From: Planctomycetota bacterium
Lineage (GTDB): Bacteria; Planctomycetota; GCA-002687715; DRQF01
Length of the DNA: 13,123 nucleotides
Direction of reading: 5' to 3'
Assembly: GCA_036479435.1 (NCBI GenBank)
Contig: JAZGFI010000069.1
Span: forward strand, 1-13,123
This document shows positions 7,198-13,123 of this stretch, piece after piece. The position numbers were made by a program, and so were the translations under genes. How positions within the stretch are numbered: position 1 is the stretch's first letter; each line of letters opens with the position of its first letter. The notes below the pieces were generated by a model that saw only the letters and a program-made list of their open reading frames with translations, ran no database searches and was not told where the DNA came from.

Positions 7198-7214
7198 CTG
7201 ACCCAAGTGGTCAG
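7198..7214. terminator. Small hairpin between convergent genes, possible weak terminator
   Basis: CTGACC-CAAGT-GGTCAG (6-bp stem) in the 81-bp convergent gap, with no good U-tract. Confidence 0.2.
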
Positions 7215-7227
7215 GGTTTGGGTGGAA

Positions 7228-9231
7228 TTAGCGGGTTAGCCAACGCATGAGGAATTCTAGGGGGCCGAGACGGAAAAAGGCGCGCCAGGCGACGGCGCCG
7301 GCGGTGCCGACGAAGGCGCAGCTGATGACGGCGACGGCGATGAACTTCAGGCTGGCGCCGTTTAGCATTTCCATCCACTCGATGGCGGCAAAGCCAATTA
7401 GGATGTGAGCGAGATAGAGGGTGAGCGCCATGCGGCCCGCGGTGGCGAAGGGATAGAGCAGTTTTTTGAGCCAGAGCCACTCCCGCGATACCAAGGCCAA
7501 CATCGTAGCGATGATCAACAAGGCCACTCCGATCGCATCGATCACGAAGAACAAACCCGGGTTGGGCCAGCAGCCGAGCCCCATTTGGCGGCGCGCATCG
7601 AGATAGGTGGTGTCGACGCCTTGAGCCTGATCTTGGACCAAAGTCACGGTTCGATCCACGACCAACGCCACCTCGCCATTCGCGCGGGTTACCGGCACGA
7701 GACGACGCAGCTCGACACGCTTCAGTGACTTGGGCCAACGACCCGATAGGCCGAGAATCCCCGCTTCTTCGTTTTGCCACAGTCCGCGGCGGCGGCCCCC
7801 CATCCACGACGCCAAACGGTAGGCCGTGTCCTGAAAAGTCTCGTTGCGATGCTCGGGCAGAATTTTTGCGGTGTCGTGCGCGAGATCGACTCGAAGCAAT
7901 GCTCCCCCCTCCGCTTCAGCTCGGTCCAGAGCCATCCGAATCTCAGCGTAGGGCCCGGCATCCCTGGAGCTGCGCAGAATTCGGCGGAGCCGCCGCGCAT
8001 CGGCTTCGGGTTTTATATTCGCCTCGCGATCCAACTCGCTGTCAATCAAGAGCGGAATGCGGGCGCGAGCCACGCGAGGACTCCCGTTTTCGTTTTTGAC
8101 CGCAGCCAGAATCGGGCTGCCATCGGCGATTGTCACCGGCGCGACCGAAAAAGCCTCAAGCACGAGCTCGCGGTCTTTGTCCGCGAGATAATCTTGGACT
8201 CTGGGCGAAGCAAAGCGCGCCGATGTGATCAAGATCACGCCGCCGAGAAAAAGCGCCAGTCTCGACTTCCAGTTGCCACCACCGAGACGACCGACCAAAA
8301 GGCCAGCGAGGAAAAAAGCCAACCAAGGAAAGATCGGATGCCAACCGTTAAAAAACAAACTCCGCCCGACACCCGCGAGCGTCCAGGGGTTTTTGTACTC
8401 CAAGACCAAAAGTGACCAGTCGGTCAAAAACTCGTACTCCAGTTGCCACCAAATCCCCAGGCCAACGCAGACCGCGAGCAAAAGGCCGATCATCCACGAG
8501 CGCCAACCCACGGCAACGGCACCGACCAGCAAGAACACGCCATAAAAGTGAAGAATGTCGCCCGTCCACAGCGGCATCCAGGCATAGCCGAGGGCAAAAA
8601 GAAAGAACGCGCGTTTCGCCAACACCGCGCGAGGGTGACCCAGGCGTTTGCCCAGAGCGACAAATACTAGAGCCAACGTTGCCAGTCCCGCCGCAAGGCC
8701 GATCAAAAAGCCGCGCATGCCGCCGCTTTGAAGATGCTCGAAGTAGGCATCGATTTGAGCGTCGACGTCTTGAGCTTCGACGACTTGGCCGACCGACAGT
8801 GTGCCGAAGATATGAAAGCCCACGGTCAAACCGCAGGCGGCGAGAAAGAGAAGAAATAGGGTATGGCGAAAGGCCGTGTACGCGGGCTGCCGAACCGGAG
8901 CTGTCGTGGCACGACTCATCAGCGTGACGCCGACGCCAGCCAACAGCACAAAGAGCGCCGCGGCGCGACCGGGCAAGAATCCGAAAGCGTTCTCCAACCA
9001 CTCCGGTCCCGTCGCCACAAAACTCGTATCCATGACGACGCGATAATTGACCGCGATCATGCCCACGAAGGCGAGGAAGCGAGCGATGTCATAGCCGAGC
9101 AAACGACGCCTGGGTGTCATCACGACGGGTGAATCCCCAGTTCCGGCCGGGCCAAGCTCGTTTTGTACCGCACCAAGTTCGAGCATCTCAGTCGGAGCCA
9201 CGATGGGTCCGTCGGTCGAATCTGAAGTCAT
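7228..9231 (-). CDS. DUF418 / DUF1624 (YeiB-like, HGSNAT-catalytic-domain-like) polytopic membrane protein with two large insertions, 667 aa
   Basis: Motifs RLLGYDIARFLAFVGMIAVNY, GRAAALFVLLAGVG, GDILHFYG, GWHPIFPWLAFFLAGLLVGR, GRMALTLYLAH and the terminal FRLGPLEFLMRWLT. ATGA overlap with the sirtuin stop. Confidence 0.85.
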   Translation of the reverse strand: MTSDSTDGPIVAPTEMLELGAVQNELGPAGTGDSPVVMTPRRRLLGYDIARFLAFVGMIAVNYRVVMDTSFVATGPEWLENAFGFLPGRAAALFVLLAGVGVTLMSRATTAPVRQPAYTAFRHTLFLLFLAACGLTVGFHIFGTLSVGQVVEAQDVDAQIDAYFEHLQSGGMRGFLIGLAAGLATLALVFVALGKRLGHPRAVLAKRAFFLFALGYAWMPLWTGDILHFYGVFLLVGAVAVGWRSWMIGLLLAVCVGLGIWWQLEYEFLTDWSLLVLEYKNPWTLAGVGRSLFFNGWHPIFPWLAFFLAGLLVGRLGGGNWKSRLALFLGGVILITSARFASPRVQDYLADKDRELVLEAFSVAPVTIADGSPILAAVKNENGSPRVARARIPLLIDSELDREANIKPEADARRLRRILRSSRDAGPYAEIRMALDRAEAEGGALLRVDLAHDTAKILPEHRNETFQDTAYRLASWMGGRRRGLWQNEEAGILGLSGRWPKSLKRVELRRLVPVTRANGEVALVVDRTVTLVQDQAQGVDTTYLDARRQMGLGCWPNPGLFFVIDAIGVALLIIATMLALVSREWLWLKKLLYPFATAGRMALTLYLAHILIGFAAIEWMEMLNGASLKFIAVAVISCAFVGTAGAVAWRAFFRLGPLEFLMRWLTR

Positions 9232-10004
9232 CGTTTCAAGGCCTCGGCAATCAAAGGAAGAAAGTGGCCGGCTTCGCCGCGCAGAGAAAAATCGACATAG
9301 TTGCTCAGACTGGTTTCCGCGGGATCAATTTCGATCGTCAAGCGGCCTTCTCTGTGCGCGACAATGACCGGTTCGGTGACATAAGGAAAAATCGCCGACG
9401 TACCGGTGATAATCGTGAGATCAGCGATCTGGCGATAAAACTCTTCGTGGATGCGCTCGACTTTCTCCATGGACAGCATCTCCCCGAACAGGACGACCTG
9501 GGGGCGCAGTCGCTCCCCACAATCTTCACATCGGGGCGCACGCCGAATATTCTTGAGGCGACTGCGATCGAGGACGCCCTCGCATCCGCATCCAGTACAC
9601 AAAGTGTCGAAAACATGGCCATGGATATCGATAACGTTGCGACTGCCCGCGGCCTCGTGCAGACCGTCGACGTTTTGGGTCAGCAAGGCGAAAGACTCGA
9701 CCGAGTTTTCGATCGCCACCAAGGCTCGATGGCCCAAACCGGGTTCAGTACCTGCGGCGAGACGAGCCAGATCGCCGAGCACACTCCAAGTTCGGTCTGG
9801 ATCGCGCTGAAGGGTTTCGGCACTTAGCGCGGCAACGGTCGCATCACCGACTTCAGGATCGTCGTAGAGCCCGCCCGGGCCGCGGTAAGTGGGGATGCCA
9901 CACTCGCGCGATATTCCCGCTCCGGTGATCGCCGCCACCCGCTGAACCCCCTGCAAACGATCCAATAATTCTCTATTCAAGTGCTCGCCCATGACCTTGT
10001 CCAT
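9228..10004 (-). CDS. cobB: NAD-dependent protein deacylase (Sir2/sirtuin family)
   Basis: ITGAGISRECGIPTYRG, TQNVDGLHEAAGS, catalytic HG, Zn site CTGC...CEDC, LRPQVVLFGE and GTS motifs. The start may instead be ATG 9992. Confidence 0.93.
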   Translation of the reverse strand: MDKVMGEHLNRELLDRLQGVQRVAAITGAGISRECGIPTYRGPGGLYDDPEVGDATVAALSAETLQRDPDRTWSVLGDLARLAAGTEPGLGHRALVAIENSVESFALLTQNVDGLHEAAGSRNVIDIHGHVFDTLCTGCGCEGVLDRSRLKNIRRAPRCEDCGERLRPQVVLFGEMLSMEKVERIHEEFYRQIADLTIITGTSAIFPYVTEPVIVAHREGRLTIEIDPAETSLSNYVDFSLRGEAGHFLPLIAEALKR

Positions 10005-10060
10005 TCCCCAGAAGGCGCTTTTATTCCGACCTAGCCAGCCATCAACGAGCCGGGTCCGGG

Positions 10061-10996
10061 CTAATCTGTATCGCGTAGCCGATCCAAAAGATCGTAAATC
10101 ACACCTTCGCGCATGGCACCGGCTGAAATCTTTAGGCGCTTCAAATGCAGGCTGTCAAACAGACCAAGCAATACGCTGAGGCCGCCGGCAAAAACTGGGG
10201 CACGCGATGAGCCCAAGCCCGAGATCTTTGCCAACTCATCAGCGTCCTCGCAGGCCAAGACTTGCTCGCAGGCGAACTCAAGGCCTTCACGATCTAAAAC
10301 CTCAGCCCCGACCTCGCCGCCGCCCGCAACGCGAGCCGCGGCGCGGATCGTACCGGAAGCGCCAATGACCTCCTCCCAACTCGCCTTGCGAAGTTGGCGT
10401 ACCACGGGCTTGAGTTCATGACTGGCGGCTTTGACGGCGCGCTCGAACCTCTTAGCCTTGATCTTTCCCTTCGGAAAAAACTGCTTGGACCAGCGCACGC
10501 AACCCAGAGGAATCGAGGCGGTAAGGTCAGCCGAAAAGCCTTCCCCGACGATGACTTCGGTGCTGCCTCCGCCGATGTCGATGACCAGGCGCGGACCCTT
10601 CCCGCGGCCCATCGTGTGAGCCACGCCGAGATAAATCAGGCGCGCTTCTTCGTCACCCGTGACGATCTCGATGGGATGCCCCAACCTCGCCTCGGCTTTG
10701 GCTCGAAACTTCTTTCCGCGCCGAGCACTGCGCATCGCACTGGTGCCCACGGCCCGCATGGAAAGATTGGGAATATCACGAACTCGTTCGCCAAAACGAT
10801 CGAGCGCATCGAAGGCGCGGGCCTTGGCCGCGTCGTCCAACTCGCCAGCGTCATTCAGTCCCGCTGCCAGCCGCACGGGCTCTTTCAAGCGATCGATGAT
10901 CTCAAGTCCCCCCGAGACGCGGCGGGCGACAACCATGTGAAAACTATTCGAGCCCAAGTCAGCGGCGGCGATGGTTTGGCGTGAGTCTTTAGTCAT
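10061..10996 (-). CDS. ppx: Ppx/GppA family exopolyphosphatase, short form (ASKHA domains only), 311 aa
   Basis: AAADLGSNSFHMVV, VRLAAGL, VGTSAMR, IEIVTGDEEARLIYLGV, VIDIGGGSTE and GAMREGVIYDL motifs. 8-nt overlap with the upstream gene. Confidence 0.93.
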   Translation of the reverse strand: MTKDSRQTIAAADLGSNSFHMVVARRVSGGLEIIDRLKEPVRLAAGLNDAGELDDAAKARAFDALDRFGERVRDIPNLSMRAVGTSAMRSARRGKKFRAKAEARLGHPIEIVTGDEEARLIYLGVAHTMGRGKGPRLVIDIGGGSTEVIVGEGFSADLTASIPLGCVRWSKQFFPKGKIKAKRFERAVKAASHELKPVVRQLRKASWEEVIGASGTIRAAARVAGGGEVGAEVLDREGLEFACEQVLACEDADELAKISGLGSSRAPVFAGGLSVLLGLFDSLHLKRLKISAGAMREGVIYDLLDRLRDTD

Positions 10997-12176
10997 CGGG
11001 GTTCATGTTATCGGAAGTGAATGACCAAGAGATCCTCAGCGTCGCGTCGCCTTGAGCTCGCCGCACGACAACGAGGTCGCCCTCTTCGGCGGGCCCTCCC
11101 AAACAAAACACTGGGCGTTCGCGTGCCCTAAGAGCTGAAGGCCCCTGGAAGAGCTCAGAGGATTCAAAGCGAGCTACCCAGGCCGCCGCAAGGTGCCCCA
11201 TCGTCCAACGAAGATTGCGCTCGGCGGGAGCCCGAAAATGAAGGCCCCCATCGGAGCTTCGCCAGCGCCAAGCATCAATGCCGAAGGGTCCCACATAGCC
11301 CGTTTGGCGTAGGCGTTCACCTTCGTTGTCGAAGGCCCGGACGAGAAGTTGGTGCTCCGAGGTTGTCATGGCTCTCGAGCCAGCCGCCGGAGCCTTGACT
11401 CCCAATAGCTGAAGAGCCGCCGGAGCCGCGCCACCGCGAGTCGAGCTTTTGTGAAGAGAACTGAGGATGACTTCGCCCTTACGAACTTCACCGACCGCAC
11501 CGAACTCGGCTTCGACGTTCACCCAGGGCTCAAGAATCAAGCGCCCCGAAAGCTCCAAGAGGCGATGTAGGCGAAGCTTATCGGCTTCCCCAAGATCTTG
11601 CCCTCGGCCGCGCTGCCGCAGTCTTCCGGCTCCACTCCAACGGGCTTTGGCGACCCAGGACTGGGCTGGATTCTGTTCGCACAAAGCAACGAGCCCTGAT
11701 CTTAACTCCAACAGAGTCTCGACGGCGGCGAGGCTGGTTTCGAGATCACCGAGTTCAATAGCATCGCGGGCGCTAAGTTTTCTGATGGCGGCGAGGCGTT
11801 CGCGGTCTTCTTCGCCCAAACTCGCTCCTGAAAGTCGTGTCGCGGCAAGAGTCTGCGCCCAACTCAAAGTTGCGGTCGCCTTCGCGGCCGGTCGATAGCC
11901 ACTCACCACTTGGATGTCTAAGGACTCGAAGGCAGGCCCAAAGATCAGGTCACGACCACCACCCGGCAGCCAAATCTCATCACCGGCTTGGCCGAGAATC
12001 GCCATCGCGGCCCCGTAGAAATCGAGAATCTCCGGCGAAGGGCGCCGCAAGCCACGCGGCGGCGCAGCATGCCCATTTGACTCAAGACACCACTCGAGCT
12101 CGGCTTCTAAGTTCGCAACAAGTCGCACCCGCTCGCCGACTGGGGCTGAACTCCGGGCGACTAAAAACCTGTTCAT
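10989..12176 (-). CDS. Hypothetical protein with probable ATP-grasp fold
   Basis: ATP-grasp-like elements in the correct order: WVAKARWSGAGR (Lys plus Gly loop), LILEPWV, GYVGPFGIDAW and ERNLRWTMG (E-x-N-x-R). Overlaps both neighbours. Confidence 0.7.
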   Translation of the reverse strand: MNRFLVARSSAPVGERVRLVANLEAELEWCLESNGHAAPPRGLRRPSPEILDFYGAAMAILGQAGDEIWLPGGGRDLIFGPAFESLDIQVVSGYRPAAKATATLSWAQTLAATRLSGASLGEEDRERLAAIRKLSARDAIELGDLETSLAAVETLLELRSGLVALCEQNPAQSWVAKARWSGAGRLRQRGRGQDLGEADKLRLHRLLELSGRLILEPWVNVEAEFGAVGEVRKGEVILSSLHKSSTRGGAAPAALQLLGVKAPAAGSRAMTTSEHQLLVRAFDNEGERLRQTGYVGPFGIDAWRWRSSDGGLHFRAPAERNLRWTMGHLAAAWVARFESSELFQGPSALRARERPVFCLGGPAEEGDLVVVRRAQGDATLRISWSFTSDNMNPDD

Positions 12177-12979
12177 CGCGCGTGCCCGCCCGGCGTGCGC
12201 GGCGCAATCGCCTCAAGGCGAGCGAGAAACTCCGGGGCAACTCCCGCGCGAAGACGACCCTTGCGATCGAAAAGTTTCCCGCGCGCCCGCGCCGCCACCG
12301 CGGGATCTCCGAGAGCCTCGGAGTAGGCGTCCCAGTCATTTTGAGACTGATCCTTGAAAGCACGAAACCAAGTCCAGGCGAAGGCGACGTGCTGCACTTC
12401 ATCGCGGTGAACGATCTTCAAGATTCGCGAGGTCTCAAGGTCGCCGCAGTGTTCGGCCACGGCAAGGTGCTCGAGACCAAGATCGAGATTCGCCGATTCA
12501 AAAACCAACCCCATCCGCACCACAAACTTCAACGCTGTCCCAAAAAGAGGACGCTGTCGCCAAAAGTGGCCACTGACCGGAAGATCGCCAAAGGAGACTC
12601 CCAACTCCTCAAGACGCTCACAGTAAAGTCTCGCGTGGCTTTGTTCGTCCGCAACCAATCGCAACAGGCCGCGTCGAAATGCGGGAGGACTCTTCGGGAA
12701 TCGCAAAAGAGCCCAAGAAAAAAGTTCGGCGGCTTGGAGTTCGTGGTTCACAAATGCGTGAAGGATGCGTGATCGTTGGGCCGGGTCGGCCAGACCACTC
12801 GCTGGAGGGACGCGAACCGCCCTTCCGGCGCGGATTTCCAGCCCTGGGGGCCGAACGGGCCCCTCGGGGGCTAAGCCGTCTCCGGGCTCCGCATCGCTCA
12901 GATCCGGGGGTGGAGGCTCAAGTTTTTTGGCGAGACTGGTGGCGGTCAAGACGCCTTCGGCAAAGGATCGGATCTCCAT
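12173..12979 (-). CDS. DUF455 family ferritin-like diiron protein
   Basis: PVRPPGL, RILHAFVNHELQAAELFSWALLRFP, DEQSH (ExxH), FESANLD, DEVQHVAFAWTWF (ExxH) and RLRAG motifs give a four-helix-bundle carboxylate/His ligand pattern. Confidence 0.88.
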   Translation of the reverse strand: MEIRSFAEGVLTATSLAKKLEPPPPDLSDAEPGDGLAPEGPVRPPGLEIRAGRAVRVPPASGLADPAQRSRILHAFVNHELQAAELFSWALLRFPKSPPAFRRGLLRLVADEQSHARLYCERLEELGVSFGDLPVSGHFWRQRPLFGTALKFVVRMGLVFESANLDLGLEHLAVAEHCGDLETSRILKIVHRDEVQHVAFAWTWFRAFKDQSQNDWDAYSEALGDPAVAARARGKLFDRKGRLRAGVAPEFLARLEAIAPRTPGGHAR

Positions 12980-12985
12980 GGCAAC

Positions 12986-12991
12986 ACTCTA
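12986..12991 (-). promoter_or_regulatory. Possible -10 (TAGAGT) for a leaderless DUF455 operon transcript
   Basis: Minus strand reads TAGAGT-GTTGCC-ATG: a TAnnnT hexamer 6 nt before the ATG with no Shine-Dalgarno in between. Confidence 0.35.
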
Positions 12992-13025
12992 ACCATTCCC
13001 GCTTGCCCATCGTGCAGGAGGGGAC

Positions 13026-13034
13026 TGTTATAGT
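13026..13034 (+). promoter_or_regulatory. Possible extended -10 promoter (TG-T-TATAGT)
   Basis: TGn plus a 5/6 match to TATAAT, 28 nt upstream of ATG 13063. Confidence 0.4.
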
Positions 13035-13062
13035 GCGCCGAAGGTCCAGACAGTGAGGGGTC

Positions 13063-13123
13063 ATGTCGCTCAGACTTGAACAGATCGATCGCAACTACGG
13101 TCGACAAAAAGCGCTCGACGGAG
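13063..13123 (+). CDS. Probable ABC transporter ATP-binding protein, N-terminal fragment (runs off the window)
   Basis: GAGGGG precedes the ATG. Translation MSLRLEQIDRNYGRQKALDG resembles the pre-Walker-A start of ABC ATPases (xxLxxxxKxYGxxxALxxvs). Only 20 codons are visible. Confidence 0.65.
   Translation, partial: MSLRLEQIDRNYGRQKALDG

Noticed and set aside
9040..9110. Calling the membrane protein a true heparan-alpha-glucosaminide N-acetyltransferase
   Set aside because: It shares the D-x-x-R...M-x-x-VNY start, but no His follows at the position of the HGSNAT catalytic histidine, and the C-terminus is DUF418-type.
7228..10004. Sirtuin as part of an anti-phage system (Thoeris or DSR type)
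   Set aside because: It is a canonical stand-alone Zn-binding CobB-type deacylase, with no TIR, SLOG, HerA or Argonaute partner in the window.
11837..12772. 311-aa plus-strand ORF, and similar long antisense ORFs at 9114-9827, 7774-8415, 3169-3840 and 10394-10984
   Set aside because: All are antisense to motif-supported genes and lack family motifs; long shadow ORFs are expected at high GC.
1..13123. CRISPR arrays, tRNA/rRNA genes (including tRNA-Sec), IS elements and integrases
   Set aside because: All intergenic gaps are 114 bp or shorter, and I saw no periodic repeats, cloverleaf or transposase/integrase motifs by eye; a covariance-model search was not run.

Overview
GC-rich bacterial window (roughly 60% GC by eye, standard genetic code; the gene content suggests Planctomycetota or a similar lineage, which is inference only). 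Left block, minus strand: a membrane-anchored AhpC/TSA-type redoxin that the ORF track splits in two, but which reads through an in-frame UGA as a U-x-x-C selenoprotein with a bacterial SECIS-like hairpin; a 905-aa protein with 5 TM helices, 5 CxxCH heme-c motifs and TPRs; and a CRTAC1/ASPIC-UnbV-type FG-GAP repeat protein that runs off the left edge and is missing from the ORF track. Middle, plus strand: a beta-lactamase-family serine hydrolase coupled to a DUF547 gene. Right block, minus strand: a probable operon of DUF455 ferritin-like diiron protein, ATP-grasp-like protein, short Ppx/GppA, sirtuin (CobB) and a DUF418-type membrane protein with large insertions. A probable ABC ATPase starts at the right edge. 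The best candidates for undescribed biology are the Sec-redoxin / cytochrome b+c-TPR / CRTAC1 envelope redox module and the DUF455 + ATP-grasp pair. No mobile element, CRISPR array or rRNA/tRNA gene was seen.
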